A stretch of 15,056 bases of DNA from Armatimonadia bacterium (GTDB lineage Bacteria > Armatimonadota > Zipacnadia > Zipacnadales > UBA11051), in NCBI GenBank assembly GCA_039683575.1, contig JBDKRC010000200.1, positions 1-15,056 on the forward strand, in the 5' to 3' direction. The position numbers and the translations under genes are program-made. Positions within the stretch are counted from its first letter, which is position 1, and each line of letters begins with the position of its first letter. Below the pieces are notes generated by a model, which saw nothing but the letters and a program-made list of their open reading frames with translations, was not told the origin of the DNA and made no database searches. Shown one piece after another: positions 1-6,851 of the stretch.

Positions 1-1
1 C

Positions 2-142
2 CAGACCCTGCACGCGCACTTAAAGAAGCTGAAGATCAAGCACGACTACCACGAGTTCCCCGGCACTCACAGTTGGGCGTATTGGGACGAGCACGTCCAG
101 CAGGCGATCAAGTTCCACTGCCAGACACTCGGGATCGGCTAA
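2..142 (+). CDS. C-terminal fragment of a putative esterase / alpha-beta hydrolase (5' truncated by the window edge)
   Basis: Manual translation of frame 2 gives QTLHAHLKKLKIKHDYHEFPGTHSWAYWDEHVQQAIKFHCQTLGIG*. The 'Y.EFPG.H.W.YW' motif is typical of the catalytic-His region of Esterase-family (PF00756-like) hydrolases. TAA at 140-142. Confidence 0.75.
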   Translation, partial: QTLHAHLKKLKIKHDYHEFPGTHSWAYWDEHVQQAIKFHCQTLGIG

Positions 143-258
143 CAGCGCCAGCCTCGGGCTCAATCTCGCGGAGGTATTACCCCCGCGACTGGCGAAACAC
201 TTCCAGCCCCTGCCCCCGCGCAGGGCGCAACTGGTACACAGACCAAGGAGAGTCTCCG

Positions 259-1167
259 ATGATTAAGTTGGGCATTGTTGATTGCGATACTTCCCACACG
301 CAGCAGTTCACCATGCGGCACAACCATATCCCCAAAGACAAGAACGGCATTGAGGAAGACCAGTGGGTAGACGGCTGCCAGGTCGTCGCCGCCTACCGCG
401 GCACCTCCGCAGTCGTGGACGACGAGCGGATTGACGGCTACGTCAAGCAACTCCGCGAGTGGGGCGTCGAGATCGTCGAAGACGAGCGCGACCTCATCGG
501 CAAGGTGGACGGCGTCCTCATCGAGTCCAATCAGGGCAGCCAGCACCTCAAGCACGCCAAGATCTTCATGGAAGCCGGCCTGCCGTGCTACATTGACAAG
601 CCCTTCGCCAACTCCGCCGATGACGCTCTGGCCATCCGCGACCTCGCCGCCAAGTACAACGTCCCCTTCTTCTCCTCCTCCTCGCTCCGCTACGCCCCCG
701 AGTGCGTCGCGGCCAAGGCGGAGCTCGGCACGATCTTCGGCGTGGACGCCTGGAGCCCGGCCTCGCTGCACGAAGCCAGCCCCGGCCTGGCCCACTACGG
801 CATCCACGGCGTCGAGATCCTCTTCACCCTCATGGGCGCTGGCTGTGAAGCAGTAAGCTGCGCGTTCAACGAGGAAATCGGCGAGGTCAACACGGCCAAG
901 TGGTCGGACGGCCGCATCGGCGTAATGCGCGGCACCCGCAAGGGCTCCCACGCCTACGGCTTCGTAGCCTGGGGCGAGTCCGAGGTCCGCACCAGCGGCA
1001 TCAACACCGCCTACATCTACCGCGAGCTCTGCAAGCAGCAGTCCCAGTTCTTCGAGACCGGCAAGTCCCCGATCGACCCGAACGAGACGATCGAGCTAGT
1101 CTGCTTCATGGACGCAGCCCTCGAAAGCAGCAAAAAGGGCGGCGCGTGGGTACAGTTGAAGAAGTAA
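259..1167 (+). CDS. Gfo/Idh/MocA-family NAD(P)-dependent oxidoreductase
   Basis: N-terminus MIKLGIVDCDTSH, then 'VDGVLIES...H...A..FMEAGLPCYIDKPFA' (EKP/DKP motif), 'FSSSSLRY' and 'HYGIHGVE'. ATG at 259 has an AAGGAG RBS at 245-250; the ORF-track start at 73 overlaps the upstream gene. Confidence 0.9.
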   Translation: MIKLGIVDCDTSHTQQFTMRHNHIPKDKNGIEEDQWVDGCQVVAAYRGTSAVVDDERIDGYVKQLREWGVEIVEDERDLIGKVDGVLIESNQGSQHLKHAKIFMEAGLPCYIDKPFANSADDALAIRDLAAKYNVPFFSSSSLRYAPECVAAKAELGTIFGVDAWSPASLHEASPGLAHYGIHGVEILFTLMGAGCEAVSCAFNEEIGEVNTAKWSDGRIGVMRGTRKGSHAYGFVAWGESEVRTSGINTAYIYRELCKQQSQFFETGKSPIDPNETIELVCFMDAALESSKKGGAWVQLKK

Positions 1168-1172
1168 AGCCA

Positions 1173-1197
1173 GTGGGAGGGCTCTCCAGAGCCCGAC
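1173..1197 (+). repeat. REP-like palindrome, GTGGGAGGG family (family C variant)
   Basis: GTGGGAGGGCTCTCCAGAGCCCGAC begins 5 nt after the stop codon. Related copies at 7737, 8770 and 14024. Confidence 0.65.
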
Positions 1198-1212
1198 CTC
1201 CACGAAACACAC

Positions 1213-1248
1213 AAAAATGCCCGGCACCATCTGATGCCGGGCGTTTCT
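1213..1248. terminator. Intrinsic terminator, likely bidirectional
   Basis: AAAAAT-GCCCGGCA-ccatctga-TGCCGGGC-GTTTCT: an 8-bp GC stem with an A-tract on the left and a T-rich stretch on the right, between convergent genes. Confidence 0.75.
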
Positions 1249-1442
1249 ACTTGTTCGCCAGCAAATCCCCCATCGTCACGCTCCCCGTCGTAGCGTCTCC
1301 CCGTCGTACGAGCGCGCTTCCAGCCGCGAGCTAGCGCCGGCAAAGCCCGGCTTCCAGCCGGGCGGGGCAACGTGGGCCACCACTGTTTGTGAGTCGACAG
1401 CAGGAATACAGGCGACTCCCCGACCGGCCTTCGTCCGCTATC

Positions 1443-1526
1443 AGGCCCGAAGGGCCGTCCGGCCTCTAGCCAGGGCCGCAAGGCCCTGGTCTGCCTCCGC
1501 CCAACCCCCAGAGCCCCGAAGGGGCG
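1443..1526. repeat. ~84-bp triple-hairpin extragenic repeat, copy 1
   Basis: Three hairpins: GGCCC-GAA-GGGCC, CCAGGGCC-GCAA-GGCCCTGG and GCCCC-GAA-GGGGC. A closely related copy lies at 12976-13058. Confidence 0.85.
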
Positions 1527-2405
1527 CTAGCCTCCGCCCCGCATCATCAACCCAGCCCCCACCAAAAGCCCCGTCACCGCCGCCACCACCACCACCATCG
1601 CCACCTTCTCCTGCCGGCTCAGCTTGAACGTCCCCGCGTTGGCGATCAGGAACCCCAGCACGATGAACGGCAGCAGCGGCAGCGCCGGCACCGCCGGGAG
1701 CAGCAGCACTGCCCCCATCCCCAGCAGCATCGCCACGAAGATCACCCAGAACGTCCGCCGCTCCCGCAGCCCGAATCTGTACATCCCCGCAAAGAAGAAC
1801 GCCAGGAAGATGAAGTCCCCCAGCCCCGCGGTCGCAATCGTCGCCAGCCCTGCGCCCCCGGCCGCCCCTGTCGCCGACCCCACCTGCGGAATCCCCACCG
1901 ACAGCTTCTCCACCAGCTTCGGCGCGTGCTTGAGCGCCTCACCCGTCGGCCCCATGAACACCGTGAAGATATCCGCCAGCCCGGCCATGATCGCCACGGG
2001 CAGCATCATGTTCCTCTCCCGCACGATCAGCGACAGCAGCCGCCCGAAGAACACGCACGCCACCATGAACAGCAGCCCCGCCAGCGCCGCCAACAGCGGC
2101 TTGAGCGAGGGATAGGCCTCCGCGTAGGGCCCCGACCCAAACCACAGCGACAGCGACACCAGCGCCCCCATGAAGTCCCACAGCGGTGCCAGCGGGAACC
2201 GCGCCATCTCCCGGATGATCAGCAGCGACAGCAGCAGGAAGACCACCGTCGCCACGGCGGTCCCCACCAGTGGCGGCACGCCCCGCACATAGGGCAGCCC
2301 CGAAAGCAGCCCCAGTGCCAACAGCGCATACAACAACACCCGCCAAACAGGCGGGCGCGAGCTTTGCGAACTATCCAGTTGAGGTGCGACAGTATGCTCA
2401 GTCAC
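1527..2405 (-). CDS. Polytopic membrane protein; putative GxGD-type (presenilin/signal-peptide-peptidase-like, A22) intramembrane aspartyl protease
   Basis: About 9 hydrophobic segments. Intramembrane Asp145 in 'GLADIFTVF.GP', GLGD197 in 'AGLGDFIF', and PALP at residues 240-243. GTG start with AGGA 5 nt upstream. Confidence 0.7.
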   Translation of the reverse strand: MTEHTVAPQLDSSQSSRPPVWRVLLYALLALGLLSGLPYVRGVPPLVGTAVATVVFLLLSLLIIREMARFPLAPLWDFMGALVSLSLWFGSGPYAEAYPSLKPLLAALAGLLFMVACVFFGRLLSLIVRERNMMLPVAIMAGLADIFTVFMGPTGEALKHAPKLVEKLSVGIPQVGSATGAAGGAGLATIATAGLGDFIFLAFFFAGMYRFGLRERRTFWVIFVAMLLGMGAVLLLPAVPALPLLPFIVLGFLIANAGTFKLSRQEKVAMVVVVAAVTGLLVGAGLMMRGGG

Positions 2406-2532
2406 AGTATCCTAAACAATATCGGCCGTTATCTTGCTCCCAGCCCCGCCTCTCCGCGTAGTGCGGGAGTCTCGCCGGCCTCCGATTAACCACCAAAGCG
2501 CCGTCTCGGAACACCAGCCGCCCCTTCGGGCG

Positions 2533-2898
2533 TTACTCACAATCGATGACATCCGCAAACTCGCCACCCTCGATGGTCCTTGAGATGACCATCCGGTGGC
2601 TGTCCAGGCGCATCGTCAGGCGGATGAGGTTCTGGCACTTCGCGCCCACAAGCTCCTTGTGGAGGGTGTAGCCGCTCGGCCGGGGCTCCTCGCCCTCCTC
2701 ATAGTGCCCGTTTCCGTTCCCGTTGCCGTTTTCATACTCGGCTTCGAGATCGGTAGCCTTATCTATGCGTGACCTGATCAGCTCGCCACACCGGGCGCAT
2801 CTGACCATTATTTGCATCGCCGGGGAGGACGGATCGCATAGAGCAACGCCGTCGCTGCCCCAGAGCGCCTTACCCAGCCGTTCCAGCAATGTCGCCAC
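2533..2898 (-). CDS. Small hypothetical protein with CxxC (possible metal binding)
   Basis: 121-aa ORF with 'VRCARCGELIRSRID' and a later 'LHKELVGAKC'. Protein-like composition and co-oriented with the downstream protease. GTG start uncertain. Confidence 0.7.
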   Translation of the reverse strand: MATLLERLGKALWGSDGVALCDPSSPAMQIMVRCARCGELIRSRIDKATDLEAEYENGNGNGNGHYEEGEEPRPSGYTLHKELVGAKCQNLIRLTMRLDSHRMVISRTIEGGEFADVIDCE

Positions 2899-2945
2899 TT
2901 CAGTATCACCAACCGAAAAACCCGGGCATTCACGCAGGTCTGCCT

Positions 2946-3052
2946 AACGCGTAGGTCGGCTCGTCCCGAACCGGCAAAACTCCGCCCAACGCGTAGGTCG
3001 GTTCGTCTCGAACCGACGAACTCAACGCGTGGTCGGTTCCTTACAAACCAAC
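2946..3052 (+). repeat. Cluster of three GTAG-type REP palindromes (family A, GTAGGTCGGTTCGTCTCGAACCGAC)
   Basis: Copies at 2951-2975, 2993-3017 and a degenerate one at 3029-3052, each preceded by AACGC. Further copies at 11536 and 13955. Confidence 0.85.
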
Positions 3053-3086
3053 GCAACCCGGCTCTATTCGCAATAATGGTGGGTTC

Positions 3087-3206
3087 AAAAAGGCGGCCGC
3101 TGTCCGGAGGTTAACACGCGCCCGTGCGCGCGGCAGGGGATCGGCGCCGCTGGCGTGCAATCTTGTGACCAAGCACAGAAGCGGGACCACAGAAGTGCCC
3201 CGCTCC
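3087..3206 (-). ncRNA. Candidate ~120-nt structured sRNA or 5' leader (unassigned family)
   Basis: Starts just downstream of a strong minus-strand promoter. Folds by eye into a 12-bp hairpin, a small hairpin and a long imperfect GC hairpin followed by UUUUU (plus-strand AAAAA at 3087-3091). No credible ORF. Confidence 0.35.
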
Positions 3207-3212
3207 AGTGAA

Positions 3213-3240
3213 AGTATAGCACCCGCCAAACCCGTGTCAA
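3213..3240 (-). promoter_or_regulatory. Sigma70-type promoter, leftward
   Basis: Minus strand reads TTGACA (3240-3235), a 16-bp spacer ending in TGc, then TATACT (3218-3213): perfect -35 and extended -10. Confidence 0.75.
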
Positions 3241-3280
3241 GCGGCATGCGCCTCCATCCCGGTTTCCGCCGCCAAACCAT

Positions 3281-3309
3281 TTGACTTAGCGCCCCCACTT
3301 GACTATACT
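3281..3309 (+). promoter_or_regulatory. Sigma70-type promoter for rpoZ
   Basis: TTGACT (3281-3286), 17-bp spacer, TATACT (3304-3309), about 90 nt upstream of the rpoZ start. Confidence 0.8.
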
Positions 3310-3401
3310 ATATCTTCCGCTTCTCTTGAGCGCAGGAATCACCCCGCGGTCTTAGAGACGGAACCGTCGTTCTGGAGACGGGCCCACCTAGGAGGAGTTT
3401 A

Positions 3402-3860
3402 GTGCAACCCTTCCCCATTGAGGAACTAGTTGATCGCGTCGGTAGCAGGTTCAGCGTTGTCGTAGCCGCCGCCAAGCGTGCCAAACAGATCAAAGAGGGC
3501 GCTCTGCCCCTCGTCAACCTGCCCACGCGTAACCCCCTGACCATTGCCCTCCACGAGATCGCCGCCGGTCTCGTGGTGATAAACGAAGAGGTCATCATCC
3601 AGGATGACCGCGGCCCCATCGACGATGGCATCGGCGAGCTCGCCGCTCCTGAAGTCGTCGAGTCGCTGATCGGCAAGGCTGACCTCGCCGATGACGACAT
3701 CGCCGAAGACGCCGAAGATGATTACGACGCCGACCTCGACGAAGAGGTAACTGCGGTGCTCGACGAGGAACCCGAGGAAGAGGACGAAGAGGAAGAAGAA
3801 GACCTCGAACTCGATGAGGACGAAGAGGAATGGGAAGAAGAGGAAGCCACCGAGGAGTAG
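3402..3860 (+). CDS. rpoZ: RNA polymerase omega subunit with long acidic C-terminal extension
   Basis: 'IEELVDRVGSRFSVVVAAAKRAKQIKEG..PLV......PLTIALHEIAAG' matches the omega family. GTG start with AGGAGG at 3390-3395. Residues ~95-152 are mostly D/E. Confidence 0.93.
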   Translation: MQPFPIEELVDRVGSRFSVVVAAAKRAKQIKEGALPLVNLPTRNPLTIALHEIAAGLVVINEEVIIQDDRGPIDDGIGELAAPEVVESLIGKADLADDDIAEDAEDDYDADLDEEVTAVLDEEPEEEDEEEEEDLELDEDEEEWEEEEATEE

Positions 3861-3889
3861 CCAACTCTCTACCACGCCCGCCGCAGCCG

Positions 3890-3918
3890 GAGCGCCATCA
3901 CGATGGCGCTCAGTTTTT
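3890..3918 (+). terminator. Intrinsic terminator after rpoZ
   Basis: GAGCGCCAT-cacg-ATGGCGCTC followed by AGTTTTT. Confidence 0.75.
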
Positions 3919-3955
3919 GTCAGGTCAACAGCCCCCGGCAACTCGTCCGGTAACA

Positions 3956-4061
3956 TGGTAGGAGCGCTCCCCGTGCGGACGTTTTGTCCGCCGCGCGACC
4001 ACATGCCGAGCATTCTGGTAGGAGCGCTCCCCGTGCGGACGTTTCGTCCGCCGCGCGACCA
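3956..4061 (+). repeat. Tandem pair of GTAG-type REP elements (family B, long form)
   Basis: TGGTAGGAGCGCTCCCCGTGCGGACGTTT(T/C)GTCCGCCGCGCGACCA at 3956-4001 and 4016-4061 (60-bp period). A third copy lies at 11668. Confidence 0.88.
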
Positions 4062-4109
4062 TCTGCGACCTTTTCCGGTATGCCCGCAGCACCGCCAATC
4101 TGAGCACAA

Positions 4110-5192
4110 ATGCCTAAAGACTACTACGAAATCCTGGGACTTTCCCGCGACGCCTCCGCCGAGGAGATCAAGCGCGCCTACCGCAAGCTCGCCCGCCAGC
4201 ACCACCCCGACGTCAATGGTAACGGCGCCGAGGCCGAAGAGAAGTTCAAGGACCTCGGCGAGGCCTACGCCGTCCTGAGCGACCCCGAGAAGCGCCAGCG
4301 CTACGACACCTACGGCTCCGAGGGCCCCGCTGACTTCGGTTTCTCCGGCGGCGTGGACATCTTCGACATCTTCAACCAGGCCTTTGGCTTCAGCGGCGGC
4401 CGCCGCGCCACGCCCGGTCGCGACCTGCAGCACGAGCTCACCATCGAGCTTGAGGAAGTCCTCACCGGCGCCACCCGCGAGATTGAGCTCACCCGCCAGG
4501 TCCCCTGCGAGACCTGCCAGGGCTCCGGCGCCAAGCCGGGCGTCCCGCCCGTCACCTGCCAGACCTGCCAGGGCCAGGGCCGCGTCCGCCAGGTCCAAAA
4601 CAGCTTTTTCGGCAGCATGATGACCGTCGTCGCCTGCCCCCACTGCCGTGGCCGCGGCACCGTCACCCGCGAATTCTGCGACGACTGCGATGGCTCCGGT
4701 CTCATTGAGAAGACCGAGCCCTTCACCGTCGAGATCCCGCCCGGCATCGAGAGCGGCCAGCACCTTGAGTATCAGGGCTACGGTGACATGGGCGAAAGCG
4801 GTTACGCTGGCAGCCTCTACGTCCGCGTACTGGTCGCCTCGCACGCCAAATTCACTCGCGAGGGCCCGGATCTGCACTACACGCTGCCCCTTGAGATCTG
4901 GCAAGTCGCCCTCGGCGACAAGGTCACGGTCCCGCTGCTCGACGGCGAGACCCACGTCCAGATCGAGCCCGGCACCCAGTCCGGCACCGAGATCACGCTT
5001 ACCGGCAAAGGCCTGCCCCAACTGCGCCGTCGCGGCCGGGGCCGCCAGATCATCCATCTCCAGGTAATCACGCCCAGGAACCTGTCTCCGCAACAGAAAG
5101 AGGCGTTCGAGAACTTGGCCCGAGCCTCAGGCGCCGACCTCCCAGCCGGCGACGCCAAAGGCTTCTTCTCGAAGTTCCGAACGCGAGACTGA
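4110..5192 (+). CDS. dnaJ: Molecular chaperone DnaJ (class A)
   Basis: J domain (KDYYEILG...HPD), G/F region with DIF repeats, four CxxCxGxG zinc repeats ([32 protein letters not shown]) and a C-terminal DnaJ_C domain. Confidence 0.96.
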   Translation: MPKDYYEILGLSRDASAEEIKRAYRKLARQHHPDVNGNGAEAEEKFKDLGEAYAVLSDPEKRQRYDTYGSEGPADFGFSGGVDIFDIFNQAFGFSGGRRATPGRDLQHELTIELEEVLTGATREIELTRQVPCETCQGSGAKPGVPPVTCQTCQGQGRVRQVQNSFFGSMMTVVACPHCRGRGTVTREFCDDCDGSGLIEKTEPFTVEIPPGIESGQHLEYQGYGDMGESGYAGSLYVRVLVASHAKFTREGPDLHYTLPLEIWQVALGDKVTVPLLDGETHVQIEPGTQSGTEITLTGKGLPQLRRRGRGRQIIHLQVITPRNLSPQQKEAFENLARASGADLPAGDAKGFFSKFRTRD

Positions 5193-5213
5193 ATGCGGCA
5201 CAGGGGGAGCTCC

Positions 5214-6821
5214 ATGGCTGTAGATTCGTTTCCATCCGTTCGTCCTCAACCGGCAGCGAACCCTCAGCCAGCCTCCGTGGTGCCCTGGCTTGGCGAGCTG
5301 GGCTTGGCCGGGGTCTGTCTGGGCTGGATTGCGATGATCCTCCTGTGGGACCACGCCTATCTGCTCCTGGCAATTGATGATGCCTTCTACTATTTGAAGA
5401 CCGCTGTCAACATCGCTCACGGTTATGGCAGCACCTTCGATCAGATCAACCAGACCAACGGCTACCACCCGCTCTGGATGGGGCTGATGGTCCTGCTCGC
5501 AAAGCTGACCTCCTCTGCCGCGCCCCTGATGCGCCTCGCGCTCATCACCGAGGTCCTCTGCGCCTACGCAGGACTGCGGGTACTCATGCGCTTCAGGTCA
5601 CTCCGCGCGTCTGCGCTGCCGGCATTCGCCGCTCTGGCCTTTGGCCACTTCTACGGGGCGAAGGTGCTGGTCAATGGCCTGGAAGCATCCCTGCAGTGGC
5701 TGCTGCTCTGCGTGACCCTCGTATATCTGTGGCGGCTGCAGAGCCGGGAGACGCTGCCCGCGCCTCGACAGGTCGCCCTGCTCGGAATCTTGTCGGGGCT
5801 GACGGTGTTGGCGCGCCTGGATGCCGTCTTCTTCGCCGTTCCGGCCTTGCTGACACCGCTCTGGCTGCCTGGCCCGCGTTGGCCTTCGGCTGCTCCAGCG
5901 GCCCGGCTCAAGCTTGCTCTCGTCGGGCTGGCGGCCTGCGGTTTGGTCCTGGCGCCCTATCTGGCCTGGAATGCTCTCGAGTTTGGCCACCTGATGCCAG
6001 TCAGTGGCGCTGTCAAAGCTGGGTGGGGCGGTTCTCGGGTCCCCCTGCTCATCCGCGCCGCGGGCGTGGCCTTTTTCCTGGCCATCGCGCTCTGGCTCAC
6101 GGTCGGTGCCCGCCGCCGTGTCCGGGTTGGTGCCGAACCCGGTGCCCTGTTCTGGTTAGCCCCGCTGGCGCTCTCCATCTGCTTCGTCAGCGCCTACAAC
6201 ATATGCTTCATTGGCCGGTGGCTACCGTATATCTGGTACGCCGTGCCGCACCTGCTGCTGCTTCTGCTCGCGCTGACTCTATGGTACCAGCATGGCAGCG
6301 CCTCGCCGACGCGGGCCCGGAACGCCTGCCTGGCTCTGGCGGTCTGGGTCCTGTTCTCGGTGTTGACGTGGCGCCAATGGTTGGACCCCGCCTGCTACGC
6401 CTTCGCCACCGAGAGTGTGCAAGCAGCCCGGTGGCTGGAAGACAACTCTGCCCCCGACGCGGTGGTGGGCAGTTGGGACTGCGGAATTCTCGGCGCCTAT
6501 ACCAGCCGCCGGCTGATGAACCTCGACGGCCTGATCAACTCCTGGGAGTACAAGGCCTACCTCGATAGCGACAAAACCGAGGAGTTCATCAGTAAGGTGC
6601 ACCCGGCTGACTACCTGGTCGAGCCCTTCTATCCCGAGCGGCTGAAGCGCTCCAACATGCTGTTCCGCGGAGTGCAGTTGGGGCAGTGGCACGTGCAGTA
6701 CTCGCAACCTCTGAGAAGGCGCTCCGTCATCAGGTCCTGGATAACCGAGGACCTGGTGTACCTTGTCCTGAGCCGTTCCGGCCCCGGCCCGCTGTTGCCG
6801 GAATATCTTGATAGCCTCTAG
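5214..6821 (+). CDS. Polytopic membrane protein, putative GT-C fold (ArnT/PMT-like) glycosyltransferase
   Basis: 'IDDAFYY...A.NIAHG.G..FD....TNGYHPLW' after TM1, then 'NGLE', 'LARLD', 'PYLAWN..EFG', about 11-12 TM helices and a soluble C-terminal 'D.G..G.......NLDGL.N' region. ATG at 5214 with a GGGGAG RBS; alternative ATG at 5193. Confidence 0.75.
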   Translation: MAVDSFPSVRPQPAANPQPASVVPWLGELGLAGVCLGWIAMILLWDHAYLLLAIDDAFYYLKTAVNIAHGYGSTFDQINQTNGYHPLWMGLMVLLAKLTSSAAPLMRLALITEVLCAYAGLRVLMRFRSLRASALPAFAALAFGHFYGAKVLVNGLEASLQWLLLCVTLVYLWRLQSRETLPAPRQVALLGILSGLTVLARLDAVFFAVPALLTPLWLPGPRWPSAAPAARLKLALVGLAACGLVLAPYLAWNALEFGHLMPVSGAVKAGWGGSRVPLLIRAAGVAFFLAIALWLTVGARRRVRVGAEPGALFWLAPLALSICFVSAYNICFIGRWLPYIWYAVPHLLLLLLALTLWYQHGSASPTRARNACLALAVWVLFSVLTWRQWLDPACYAFATESVQAARWLEDNSAPDAVVGSWDCGILGAYTSRRLMNLDGLINSWEYKAYLDSDKTEEFISKVHPADYLVEPFYPERLKRSNMLFRGVQLGQWHVQYSQPLRRRSVIRSWITEDLVYLVLSRSGPGPLLPEYLDSL

Positions 6822-6851
6822 CACACATCAAAACCACAATGGGGTGGCCTT

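Noticed and set aside
160-951. 263-aa minus-strand ORF (and similar ones at 6828-7655, 8190-9065, 8809-9720, 10220-10843)
   Set aside because: Each lies antisense to a well-supported gene and has no family motifs.
1527-1545. Gly-rich C-termini (MRGGG in the protease, GRGGGMG in the RING protein) as ubiquitin-like di-Gly ends
   Set aside because: Both directly follow TM helices with no beta-grasp domain, and G-rich codons are expected on this G-skewed strand.
1527-2405. Type-4 prepilin peptidase assignment
   Set aside because: It lacks the N-terminal Cys-pair zinc domain and the GxGDxKL context, and it has a PALP motif, which fits the presenilin/SPP type better.
2946-3052. Possible mini CRISPR array (three ~30-bp palindromic repeats)
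   Set aside because: Spacers are only about 7-12 nt, the same repeat occurs singly at 11536 and 13955, it has a GTAG REP foot, and there are no cas genes.
2900-3145. Firm call of 6S RNA or tRNA
   Set aside because: Only short motifs resemble one 6S arm, the complementary arm was not found, and there is no cloverleaf or T-loop. Kept only as an unassigned ncRNA candidate.
3956-4061. Possible CRISPR repeat-spacer-repeat
   Set aside because: A 46-bp repeat with a 14-nt spacer and dispersed copies elsewhere fits a REP family, not CRISPR.
3426-5093. 555-aa minus-strand ORF
   Set aside because: Antisense shadow of rpoZ and dnaJ that reads through REPs; typical of high-GC codon bias, with no recognisable domain.
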